From contig CAZATV010000001.1 in the NCBI GenBank assembly GCA_964488145.1, positions 10,128-74,127 of the forward strand: DNA of 64,000 nucleotides. The letters are read 5' to 3'. Made by a program: the position numbers and the translations under genes. Under the pieces are notes generated by a model. The model saw only the letters and a program-made list of their open reading frames with translations. It did no database searches and was not told the origin of the DNA. Positions 52,399-61,315 of this stretch are shown here, one piece after another; within the stretch, counting starts at the first letter, position 1, and every line of letters starts with the position of its first letter. The DNA is from an uncultured Polaromonas sp. Its GTDB lineage: Bacteria > Pseudomonadota > Gammaproteobacteria > Burkholderiales > Burkholderiaceae_C.

Positions 52399-54636
52399 AT
52401 GCAGGACGCCTCCCCATTGACGACAGCTCAGCCCCCAGCCGACGTTCTTCATTTGGGCATTGAGGGCATGACCTGTGCCTCGTGTGCCTTGCGGGTGGAG
52501 CGTGCGCTCGGGAAGGTGTCCGGGGTGAGGCAGGCCAGCGTCAATCTCGCGACGGAGTCGGCGCGGGTGCAGGCGGCGGGCCCCATCGACGAAACCATGG
52601 CTCGGCGTTTGCGCCGCGCGGTCCGTGAGGCGGGCTACGCGGCGCGTGAGCCGGCGCCCGAAGGCGTTACTGGGACCGTCTCGCCGTGGGCTGGCTTTGC
52701 GCCTGTGGGATTGGCCCTGGCCTTGGCGCTGCCGTTGGTGCTGCCCATGTTGGGGGATCTCCTGGGCCAGCACTGGATGCTGCCGCCGTTATGGCAGTTC
52801 CTGCTGGCTACGCCGGTCCAGTTTGTTTTGGGGGCGCATTTTTATCGAGCTGCCTGGGGTGCCTTGCGGGCGGGTGTGGGCAATATGGACTTGCTGGTGG
52901 CCGTCGGCACTTCAGCGGCCTGGGGTTTATCGCTCTGGTTGTGGGGGTCGGCGCCGGCCGGGCATGTACCGGACCTGTACTTTGAGGCCTCTGCGGTGGT
53001 GGTAGCCCTGGTCATGTTGGGTAAATGGCTTGAAGTGCGGCTCAAGCGCCAAACTTCATCGGCCATTGCCCGTTTGTATGCCCTGCGCCCCTCGCAGGCG
53101 CACCTCATGCTGCCGTCGGGCCAGGTGATGGATGTTCCGGTGGCCGAAGTCATGGTGGGCGATACGGTGGTGGTCTTGCCGGGAGAGCGGGTGCCGGTCG
53201 ATGGGCGAATCACGCAGGGCGATAGCCTGGTCGATGAGTCGCTGCTGACCGGAGAGCCTCTGCCCGTGGTCAAAGGACCGGGGGCGACCCTGACAGGCGG
53301 CAGCATCAACGGGGAGGGCCGCTTGCTGGCGCGGGTGAGTGCGGTCGGCGCACAGACCGTTCTGGCCCAGGTCATCGCCCTGGTGGAGGATGCGCAGGCG
53401 ACCAAGGCGCCCATTCAGCGTCTGGTAGACCAGGTCGCGGCCATCTTTGTACCGGCCGTGATGGCCCTGGCTCTGGTGACGGGGGTGGGCTGGTTTTTGG
53501 CCGGTGCGGGACTTGAGCTGTCCGTGGTGCGAGCGGTTGCCGTGTTGGTGATCGCTTGTCCCTGTGCGCTCGGCCTGGCCACGCCGGCGGCCATCATGGC
53601 GGGCACGGGTGTGGCCGCGCAACATGGCATCTTGATCAAGGATGTGCAGGCCTTGGAGTTGGCCCATCGCGCCCGGGTGGTGGCTTTTGACAAAACGGGC
53701 ACCTTGACCCTGGGGCGCCCCCGACTGGTGGCGTTCCAGGCGCTGCCCGGCGCCGAGACTGCCGCCTTGCTTTCGGTGGCCGCCAGCTTGCAAAGTGCCA
53801 GTGAGCATCCGCTGGCCCGCGCGGTGCTGCAGCATGCACGCGAGGCCGGCGTAGCCGTGGAGCCGCCGCAGGCCCTCAAGGCGGTTCCTGGCCGGGGGGT
53901 TGAGGGGCAAGTGGCGGGTCAGACCTGGCGGCTTGCCAGCGGGCGCTGGATGCAGGAGCTGGGTGTTCAGGTTGGTGACGGCGCCGCCCCATCGGCGCCA
54001 GCCCAGGCAGAAGGCGCCACGGTTTCGGCCTTGCTCCAAGCGCACGAGGGTTTGTGGTGTCTGCGGGCATGGCTGGTGTTTGCAGATGAACCCAAGCCGG
54101 GAGCTGCGCAGACCTTGCGGGCCTTGCGGCAGCGAGGCTTGCAGGTGCTGATGATTTCAGGAGACAACGTCCCTGCCGCACAGGCCATGGGCCAGCGGCT
54201 GGGTCTGAGGCCAGAGGAAGTGTTGGCCGATGTGTTGCCGGCCGACAAGGCGGCCGTCATTGGCGGCCTCAAGTCTCGTGGGGTGGTGGTCATGGTGGGC
54301 GACGGGGTCAATGATGCGCCGGCGCTGGCTGCGGCCGATGTGGGCATGGCCATGGGTTCGGGCACCGATGTGGCCATGCACGCCGCCGGCCTGACGCTGA
54401 TGCGCGGAGAGCTTTCTTTGGTGGCCGCCGCACTCGATATCTCCGACGCCACCGTGCGCAAGATTCGGCAGAACCTGTTCTGGGCCTTCATCTACAACAT
54501 CGCCGGCATGCCTCTGGCGGCCATGGGCTATCTGAACCCCATGCTGGCGGGAGCGGCCATGGCCCTGTCGAGCATTAGCGTGATGGCCAATGCCCTATGG
54601 CTCAAGCGATGGAAGCCGGCAGCCCTGGACAGCTGA
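52399..54636 (+). CDS. copA: Cu(I)-translocating P1B-1 ATPase
   Basis: GMTCASC, TGEP, CPCALGLATP, DKTGT, SEHP, GDGVNDAP, YN and MALSS. Confidence 0.95.
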   Translation: MQDASPLTTAQPPADVLHLGIEGMTCASCALRVERALGKVSGVRQASVNLATESARVQAAGPIDETMARRLRRAVREAGYAAREPAPEGVTGTVSPWAGFAPVGLALALALPLVLPMLGDLLGQHWMLPPLWQFLLATPVQFVLGAHFYRAAWGALRAGVGNMDLLVAVGTSAAWGLSLWLWGSAPAGHVPDLYFEASAVVVALVMLGKWLEVRLKRQTSSAIARLYALRPSQAHLMLPSGQVMDVPVAEVMVGDTVVVLPGERVPVDGRITQGDSLVDESLLTGEPLPVVKGPGATLTGGSINGEGRLLARVSAVGAQTVLAQVIALVEDAQATKAPIQRLVDQVAAIFVPAVMALALVTGVGWFLAGAGLELSVVRAVAVLVIACPCALGLATPAAIMAGTGVAAQHGILIKDVQALELAHRARVVAFDKTGTLTLGRPRLVAFQALPGAETAALLSVAASLQSASEHPLARAVLQHAREAGVAVEPPQALKAVPGRGVEGQVAGQTWRLASGRWMQELGVQVGDGAAPSAPAQAEGATVSALLQAHEGLWCLRAWLVFADEPKPGAAQTLRALRQRGLQVLMISGDNVPAAQAMGQRLGLRPEEVLADVLPADKAAVIGGLKSRGVVVMVGDGVNDAPALAAADVGMAMGSGTDVAMHAAGLTLMRGELSLVAAALDISDATVRKIRQNLFWAFIYNIAGMPLAAMGYLNPMLAGAAMALSSISVMANALWLKRWKPAALDS

Positions 54637-54825
54637 ATCTTGGGGCGGAGTCTGCGTCCGCCACGCTGCCGCTGTGTTTGTCGGATTCATCCTACTCGTG
54701 GGCGGCCTGCCTGCCGGGATCGAGCCTTGGTGCGCCCGTCTAGCATCGGGTCTTTCGCGGTGCGGCAGGCGTTTTTTCAGCGAAAAGGCCTGAGCCCCCG
54801 CTTCACAAGTCAAACGAGGAGACAG

Positions 54826-55098
54826 ATGATGGAAGCAGTGCGGGAAGCCGGACTGCCGCAAAGGGCTGCGGCTGCCTGGCGGGACCCTGTGGGCGTGGAT
54901 CGCTTGGGTGCTCCAACGCTCATTTCGGGTGATGTGACAGGGTCGGGCTCGGCGCACCATCTTCGGGCGCGGGCGGCCGTCACGGGACTGGTGCTCTCGC
55001 ATCGGCTGCGTGCGCGTTTGAGCCCCGGACAGCAGGCGGGCATACGCGAGCAGGCGGCCCGGGTGCTCGGTTTGACCGCACGACTTTGGCTGGGCTGA
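54826..55098 (+). CDS. Hypothetical protein (90 aa)
   Basis: SD GAGGAG 54816-21 before ATGATG; no recognised motif. Confidence 0.5.
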   Translation: MMEAVREAGLPQRAAAAWRDPVGVDRLGAPTLISGDVTGSGSAHHLRARAAVTGLVLSHRLRARLSPGQQAGIREQAARVLGLTARLWLG

Positions 55099-55202
55099 GT
55101 CGGGCCCGAGGCAGACAAACATCGATCCTGCCGGAAAACCCTAATAAACCTAAGTGTCAGGTCGCGCCATGATGGAGGTCTCATAAACAAGGAGCCTGGA
55201 TC

Positions 55203-55661
55203 ATGAAGCTGGATGTCAATGGAAAGGTGCGCGAGCTCGACGTTGAGCCCGACATGCCCCTGCTGTGGGCTTTGAGGGATGAGCTCGATGAGAAGGGCCC
55301 CAAGTTCGGTTGCGGCATTGCACAGTGTGGCGCTTGCACGGTGTTGCTCAATGGCGAACCGGTGCGCTCCTGCTCCTACCCGGTCTCGGCGGCCAGCGGC
55401 CAGAAGGTGGTCACGATTGAGGGCCTGGCCAACAGGGGCAAGCTCCATCCGGTACAGCAAGCCTGGATTGACCATCAGGTGCCGCAGTGCGGCTACTGCC
55501 AGGGCGGGCAGATTCTGGCGGCGGTGGCTCTGCTGAAGAAAAAGCCTAAGCCCACCGATCAGGACATTGATGCGGCCATGACGAATATTTGCCGCTGTGG
55601 CACGTATGCGCGGGTGCGCAAGGCCATCCACGCAGTGGCGGCCAAGGGGGTGCGCGCATGA
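55203..55661 (+). CDS. (2Fe-2S) small subunit, IorA/CoxS-like
   Basis: [28 protein letters not shown]; SD AAGGAG. Confidence 0.93.
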   Translation: MKLDVNGKVRELDVEPDMPLLWALRDELDEKGPKFGCGIAQCGACTVLLNGEPVRSCSYPVSAASGQKVVTIEGLANRGKLHPVQQAWIDHQVPQCGYCQGGQILAAVALLKKKPKPTDQDIDAAMTNICRCGTYARVRKAIHAVAAKGVRA

Positions 55662-57823
55662 GCTCCTCTGCCCAAGGTGTGCGCCGGCCGGACAGGCGTC
55701 TGTTTCTCAAGACCTCGGCCACCGCAGCCGCAGGACTGAGCCTGGGCTTTTATCTGCCCGGTCGAAGTGACGCCAATAACGCCCCTCGACTCAATGCCTG
55801 GGTGGAGGTGCGGCCGGACGAGACCGTGATCATTCGCTATGCCCGCGCCGAAATGGGCCAGGGCAGCCGCACCTCGGCGCCGATGCTGGTGGCCGAGGAG
55901 CTCGACGCTGACTGGAGCCGTGTCCGGGTGGAATATGCCACCGCCCATGAGAATCTGGCCGCCAAACGGGTTTACGGGGACATGGCCTCGGTGGGCAGCC
56001 GCACCATCCGGCAATCCCAGGAGTACCTGCGTAAAGCCGGTGCAACGGCGCGCCACCTGCTGGTGGCCGCTGCTGCGCAGCAGTGGGGGGTGCCTGCTTC
56101 GGAATGCACCACCGCCAAGGGGCGGGTGATGCATGCGGCCAGCAAACGATCCATCACCTATGGCAAGTTGGCGGTCGCTGCAGCCAAGATCGAGCCCCCC
56201 AAAGAGGTGCCGCTCAAGGATCCCAAGACCTGGACCCTCGTGGGCAAACCGCTGCCTCGGGTGGACATTCCTGACATCGTCACAGGCCGAATCCGCTACG
56301 GCATTGATGCGCAGGTGCCCGGCATGCTGCATGCCGCGGTGGCCGCCTGTCCGGTGTTCAACGGCAAGGTTCGCACCATGGATGCTTCCAAGGTGCAAAA
56401 CCGCCGTGGCATTGTGCAGGTGCTCAATCTCGGCGAGTTCGTCGCAGTGGTGGCTGACAACTACTGGCGCGCCAAGGAGGCCTTGCGTGAGGTGGTGGTC
56501 GATTGGGATGTGGGGACGCACGGCACCTTGAGCAGCGCGGCCATCATGGAGCATTTCAAGGGGGGCTTTGATCAAGCGGAACTGGCGGTGGCCCGCAACG
56601 ATGGCAACACCAACGAGGCCTTGGCCAAAGCCGGTCGTGTGTTTGAGGCCGAGTACTACACCCCTTACCTGGCCCATGCCACCATGGAGCCGCTGGTCTG
56701 CACGGCCTGGCTCAAGCCCGACAGCCTGGAAATCTGGACCTCAACCCAAAACCCCGAATCGACGCTGGCAACCGCAGCACGCACGGCAGGCATTGATCAG
56801 TCCAAGGTGTTGGTGCATCCGATGCAGCTGGGCGGCGGGCTGGGCCGCAAGAGCCCGCAGGATTTCACCCGGCAAGCGGTGATGATTGCCAAGGAAATGC
56901 CCGGCAAGCCGATCAAGATGGTTTGGAGCCGCGAAGAGGACATCCAGCACGACCTGTACAGGCCGGCCAGCCTGGTGCGGTTCAAGGCGGCCCTCAACGC
57001 ACAGGGCACGATAGATGCGCTGCATATTCGCGTCTCGGCGCCATCCATCCTGGCCACCCTGCTGCGTTTGCCTTTGCCGCGCGGGGTCGATGGCCAGGCC
57101 GTGGCCAGCTTCAACGACCATCCCTATGACATCCCCAACAGCCTGGTGGATTATGCGCAGCGCAACACCAACGTGCCGGTTGGCTTTTGGCGCACGGTGG
57201 GTCATTCGCAGAATCCGTACATGCGCGAATGCTTCATGGACGAGTTGGCTGCGGCGGCCGGCAAGGATCCGCTGGCGTTTCGCCTGAGCATGCTCGGCGG
57301 TAAACATCCGCGGGACCGTTCGATTCTGGAGGCAGTGGCCAAGGCTGCGGGCTGGGGCAAGCCGCTGCCCGCTGGCGTCTTCAGAGGGATTGCGGAGACC
57401 GAAGGTTACGGCAGCTACACCGCCTGTGTCTGTGAGGTCTCGGTCAATGCCCGCGGCGAGGTCAAGATTCATCGCGTGGTCATGGGCATTGATTGCGGCT
57501 ATGCGGTCAATCCGGACAACATCGAGGCGCAGATCCAGGGCAGTGTGGTGCATGGCCTGAGCGCCATCTTCTGGGGCGAGATGACGGTCAAGGAAGGTCG
57601 CATTGAGCAGTCCAATTTCCACGACTACCGCATGATGCGGCTCAATGAAATGCCCAAAGTCGAGACGGTGATCGCAACCACCGGTGGGTTCTGGGGGGGT
57701 GTGGGTGAGCCGGCGATGGCCCCGCTGCCGCCGGCCCTGGTCAATGCGATTTCAGCAGCGACAGGCAAGCGCTATCGCTCGCTGCCGCTGAAGAACCACG
57801 GGCTGAGCCTGGCGCGGGCATGA
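55658..57823 (+). CDS. Xanthine-dehydrogenase-family molybdopterin subunit, IorB-like, with Tat signal
   Basis: DRRLFLK Tat motif, EMGQG, AEELD, HATMEP, GGGLGRK, WSREED, FWRTVG, GGVGEP. Confidence 0.92.
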   Translation: MSSSAQGVRRPDRRLFLKTSATAAAGLSLGFYLPGRSDANNAPRLNAWVEVRPDETVIIRYARAEMGQGSRTSAPMLVAEELDADWSRVRVEYATAHENLAAKRVYGDMASVGSRTIRQSQEYLRKAGATARHLLVAAAAQQWGVPASECTTAKGRVMHAASKRSITYGKLAVAAAKIEPPKEVPLKDPKTWTLVGKPLPRVDIPDIVTGRIRYGIDAQVPGMLHAAVAACPVFNGKVRTMDASKVQNRRGIVQVLNLGEFVAVVADNYWRAKEALREVVVDWDVGTHGTLSSAAIMEHFKGGFDQAELAVARNDGNTNEALAKAGRVFEAEYYTPYLAHATMEPLVCTAWLKPDSLEIWTSTQNPESTLATAARTAGIDQSKVLVHPMQLGGGLGRKSPQDFTRQAVMIAKEMPGKPIKMVWSREEDIQHDLYRPASLVRFKAALNAQGTIDALHIRVSAPSILATLLRLPLPRGVDGQAVASFNDHPYDIPNSLVDYAQRNTNVPVGFWRTVGHSQNPYMRECFMDELAAAAGKDPLAFRLSMLGGKHPRDRSILEAVAKAAGWGKPLPAGVFRGIAETEGYGSYTACVCEVSVNARGEVKIHRVVMGIDCGYAVNPDNIEAQIQGSVVHGLSAIFWGEMTVKEGRIEQSNFHDYRMMRLNEMPKVETVIATTGGFWGGVGEPAMAPLPPALVNAISAATGKRYRSLPLKNHGLSLARA

Positions 57824-58218
57824 TCAAGCCGGCCGCGTCCCTCGGGGCGCTGGCCTGTGCGGGGCTGATGGCCGCTTCTTCGGCGGCGCAGACGCCGGCC
57901 GTCGGCAGCGTCGAGCGTGGTCGCGCTCTGCTGGCCAATCGGGCTGAGACGGGGTGTGTGTTGTGCCATCTCGTGCCGGGTTTGCCTGCCGGGGGCGAGC
58001 TCGGCCCGCCGCTGAGCGGTCTGTCCCGACTGGGCGGGACCGAGGCTCTGCGACAGCGCATTGCCGATGCTCGGCGCTTCAACCCGCAGACCATCATGCC
58101 GCCTTACCTGAGCACGGACGGTTTACAGGAGGTGGCGGCCTCCTATCGCGGTCAAAGCGTCCTGACCGCTCAGGGCCTCGACGACATCGTGGCGTATCTG
58201 ATGGTGATGGCGCGCTGA
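57820..58218 (+). CDS. soxX: SoxX-like monoheme cytochrome c
   Basis: Signal peptide, G.VERGR, CVLCH, GELGPPL, NPQTIMPPY, LT..GLDDIVAYL. Confidence 0.85.
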   Translation: MIKPAASLGALACAGLMAASSAAQTPAVGSVERGRALLANRAETGCVLCHLVPGLPAGGELGPPLSGLSRLGGTEALRQRIADARRFNPQTIMPPYLSTDGLQEVAASYRGQSVLTAQGLDDIVAYLMVMAR

Positions 58219-58243
58219 GCGCGAGGCGGCCCCACGGGAGCTT

Positions 58244-58756
58244 ATGCCTATGTTTTCGGTTTCCTCTGTGGGTCTGTCGGCCCGCGTGCTAGCGTCCCGG
58301 CGTCAGGCGGCGGCCTTCATGCTTGCCGCCATGGCGGGCGGCTGGCTGCCGGGTCGCGCGCGGGCGCAGTCCATGTTTTCCGGCACCTTGTTGACGGTGT
58401 CCCAGATGCTCGATCCGATCGTTCAGGGGCGACCGCTGCGCGAAGAGGGGCTTTCCTTGGAGCTTCCCCTGCTGGCTGACAACGGCTTGCTGGTGCCGGT
58501 TCGGGTGGTGGTTGACAGTCCCATGACGGAACAAGACCACGTGCGCCAGATTTACCTTCTGTCTCAGCGCAATCCGGTGACTCAGATGGCCTTGTTTCAT
58601 TTGGGTCCTTGGTCGGGCCGAGCCGAGGTCAGCACCCGCTTGCGACTGGCTGGCTCGCAGAAGGTGGTGGCCTTGGCGCAGCTCTCCGATGGCTCGTTTC
58701 GCTGGCGGCAGGCAGAGGTCATCGTCACCGAGTCGGCTTGTGTGGATGGGAGCTGA
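58244..58756 (+). CDS. soxY: SoxY-like sulfur carrier with non-canonical C-terminus (…VTESACVDGS)
   Basis: Tat-like SRRQ, LP.LADNG..VP, SPMT..DHV, NP, STRLRLAGSQ.VVA.A; no GGCGG. Confidence 0.8.
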   Translation: MPMFSVSSVGLSARVLASRRQAAAFMLAAMAGGWLPGRARAQSMFSGTLLTVSQMLDPIVQGRPLREEGLSLELPLLADNGLLVPVRVVVDSPMTEQDHVRQIYLLSQRNPVTQMALFHLGPWSGRAEVSTRLRLAGSQKVVALAQLSDGSFRWRQAEVIVTESACVDGS

Positions 58757-58759
58757 GCG

Positions 58760-59101
58760 ATGAGTCTGGCGCGTCTTCAGCTGCCGCAGCAGGTGGTCTC
58801 GGGGCAGGTGGTGAGGGCCCGGTTGCTGGTGGCGCACCCCATGGAAACGGGGTATCTGCAAGACCTGAGCGGCAAGACGATACCCAGAAACGTGATTCGT
58901 GAACTCAGCTGTGAATACGCTGGGCGCCAGGTGTTTCGGGTGGAGCCCTCCTCGGGTATTGCGGGCAATCCCCTTTTCGAATTTTTCTTCCGGGCGCAGG
59001 AAAGCGGCGAGCTTTTGATTCGTTGGGTGGACGATGCCGGTCAGGTGGGTGAGCTGCGCCAGTTGCTGCGGGTGCAAGGCCCGGTGTCTCGGCCGAGCTG
59101 A
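58760..59101 (+). CDS. soxZ: SoxZ-like protein
   Basis: HPMETG..D..G..IP, GIAGNP.F.F, W.DD. Confidence 0.85.
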   Translation: MSLARLQLPQQVVSGQVVRARLLVAHPMETGYLQDLSGKTIPRNVIRELSCEYAGRQVFRVEPSSGIAGNPLFEFFFRAQESGELLIRWVDDAGQVGELRQLLRVQGPVSRPS

Positions 59102-59922
59102 TGTCAGGCAGCCTGCCGATGCGTTTGCTGATGGCGATTCCGGTGCGCCCTTTCATTCAGGCCGGGTTGTGCTTGTTGCTGCCCGTGCTGGCGCTGGCCC
59201 AGCAGCGTGTCTTGCCGCTGGATCAGCTGCGGTCGGGCCTGCATTTTGCCGGCAGTGATGTGCGGGCTCTGCAGGCCGATGAGTTTGGCAATCCCGGACA
59301 GCTTTGGCTTCTGCGCGGTGAGCAACGCTGGGCTGAGGCCTTGGGTGCTTCGGGCAAGAGCTGCTTTCAGTGTCATGGCCCGGTGGTGCCGGCTATGCGC
59401 GGGGTGGCGGCGCGCTACCCGAAGCTCGATGCGGGCAGCGGCCGGCTTTTCAACCTGGAAGACCGGATTCGCCAATGTCGGCAGGTGCATCAGCAGGGCC
59501 CCGCTCTGGCTTGGGAGTCAGACGACCTTCTGGCCCTGAGCCTGTATGTCACCCAGGCTTCAGCCGGGCTGCCGCTGCAGGTGGATGTCTCGGGGCCGGC
59601 CCGTGCGCATCTGCTGGAGGGCGAGCGCCTTTTCATGCTGCGTCGCGGACAGCTCAACCTGGCTTGCACGCATTGCCATGACCAAAACCAGGGCCGAAGG
59701 CTCTACACCGATCCCTTGAGTCAAGGTCAGCCCAATGGTTACCCGCTTTATCGTCTGGAGTGGCAGAAGCTGGGTTCGCTCGAGCGGCGGCTGCGCAGCT
59801 GTCTGGTGGGGGTGCGGGCCGAACTGCCTGAATGGGGTGCTCTGCAGATGCGGCAGCTGGCCCTCTATCTGGGTTGGCGCGCCGAGGGCTTGCCTGTGGA
59901 GGCGCCCGCGGTGCGCAAGTAA
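59101..59922 (+). CDS. soxA: SoxA-like diheme cytochrome c
   Basis: DEFGNPG, CFQCH and CTHCH, RRGQLNLAC, YP.YRLEWQ..GSL.RRLRSC…VRAE, LYL.WRA.G. Confidence 0.88.
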   Translation: MSGSLPMRLLMAIPVRPFIQAGLCLLLPVLALAQQRVLPLDQLRSGLHFAGSDVRALQADEFGNPGQLWLLRGEQRWAEALGASGKSCFQCHGPVVPAMRGVAARYPKLDAGSGRLFNLEDRIRQCRQVHQQGPALAWESDDLLALSLYVTQASAGLPLQVDVSGPARAHLLEGERLFMLRRGQLNLACTHCHDQNQGRRLYTDPLSQGQPNGYPLYRLEWQKLGSLERRLRSCLVGVRAELPEWGALQMRQLALYLGWRAEGLPVEAPAVRK

Positions 59923-59949
59923 AGCCGGAACGGTCCGAGCAGCCGTTGC

Positions 59950-61134
59950 TCACATCCGCTCGAAGATGGCGGCGATCCCCTGGCCGCCGCCGATGCACAT
60001 GGTGACCAGCGCGTAGCGGCCGCCGATGCGCTCCAGCTCATGCAGGGCTTTGACGGTGATCAGTGCGCCCGTAGCGCCGATGGGGTGGCCCAGCGAAATG
60101 CCCGAGCCATTGGGATTGACCTTGGCCGGGTCCAGCCCCAACTCGCGGGTGACCGCGCAGGCCTGAGCGGCAAAGGCCTCGTTGGCTTCCACCACATCCA
60201 GGTCGGCCGTCTTGAGCCCGGTTTTCTGCAGCACGGCCTGCGTGGCCGAGATGGGACCTACGCCCATGTATTTGGGGTCCAGCCCGGTGTGCGCATAAGA
60301 CACCAGCCGGGCCATCGGTTTGGCGCCGCGGGCCTTTGCGGTACCCGCCTCCATCAGCACCACCGCTGCTGCTGCGTCGTTGATACCCGAGGCATTGCCC
60401 GCGGGCACCGTGCCGTTTTCCTTCAGGAACACCGGCTTGAGTTTGGCGAAATCATCGGCTTTGGCCTGGCTGCGGAAATGTTCGTCAGTGACATAGGGTA
60501 CGTCGCCCTTCCGGGTCTTGAGCATCACCGGCACGATTTGGCCGGTGAAATAGCCCGCCTGCGTGGCGCGTTCAGCGCGCTGGTGGCTTTCCAGCGCCAG
60601 CGCATCCTGCATGTCGCGGGTGATGCCGTAACGTGCGGCCACGTTTTCCGCGGTGATGCCCATGTGTATGCTGTGAAAGGGGTCGTGCAGGGCGCCGACC
60701 ATCATGTCGATCAGCTTGGCATCGCCCATTCGTGTGCCCCAGCGCTGGCTGGGGTTGATGTAGGGCCCGCGGCTCATGTTTTCGGCGCCCCCGCCGATGG
60801 CGATATCGCAATCGCCGAGCAAGATCGCCTGACTGGCCGAGACGATGGCTTGCAGGCCCGACCCACACAGCCGGTTGACGTTCATGGCGGGCGTGCTCTC
60901 GGCGCAGCCGCCGTTGATGGCAGCCACCCTGGACAGGTACATGTCTTTGGGCTCGGTGTTGACCACATGGCCGAAGACCACATGCCCGACATCCTTGCCT
61001 TCGACGTGTGCCCGGGCCAGTGACTCGCGCACGACCAGACTGGCCAGCTCGGTGGGGGGCACATCTTTGAGGCTGCCCCCAAAGGTACCGATGGCGGTGC
61101 GCACACCGCTGACGACGACCACTTCCCGACTCAT
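59950..61134 (-). CDS. bktB: Beta-ketothiolase, BktB-like
   Basis: REVVVVSGVRTAIGTFGGSLKD, NRLCGSGLQ, EANEAFA, GHPIGATG, MCIGGGQG. Confidence 0.9.
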   Translation of the reverse strand: MSREVVVVSGVRTAIGTFGGSLKDVPPTELASLVVRESLARAHVEGKDVGHVVFGHVVNTEPKDMYLSRVAAINGGCAESTPAMNVNRLCGSGLQAIVSASQAILLGDCDIAIGGGAENMSRGPYINPSQRWGTRMGDAKLIDMMVGALHDPFHSIHMGITAENVAARYGITRDMQDALALESHQRAERATQAGYFTGQIVPVMLKTRKGDVPYVTDEHFRSQAKADDFAKLKPVFLKENGTVPAGNASGINDAAAAVVLMEAGTAKARGAKPMARLVSYAHTGLDPKYMGVGPISATQAVLQKTGLKTADLDVVEANEAFAAQACAVTRELGLDPAKVNPNGSGISLGHPIGATGALITVKALHELERIGGRYALVTMCIGGGQGIAAIFERM

Positions 61135-61315
61135 GACAAAACTCCCTCTTCAAATGAGTGGACCTCTCGGGCCCGTTTAGATGCAAGCGGCCCCCAGGTC
61201 CCGATCGGTCGATCGTGGTGCATGGAGGGTCTGACGATCATACAATTGCTTATTTTTTCGGCATCAGCTCAACGGTGTCCTTGGCGACACCTTTGTCGAG
61301 ATCTGAACCCTTCCC

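Noticed and set aside
49562-61134. gyrB-mnmG interval as a horizontally acquired island
   Set aside because: Accessory-type genes, but no mobility genes, flanking repeats or evident compositional anomaly.
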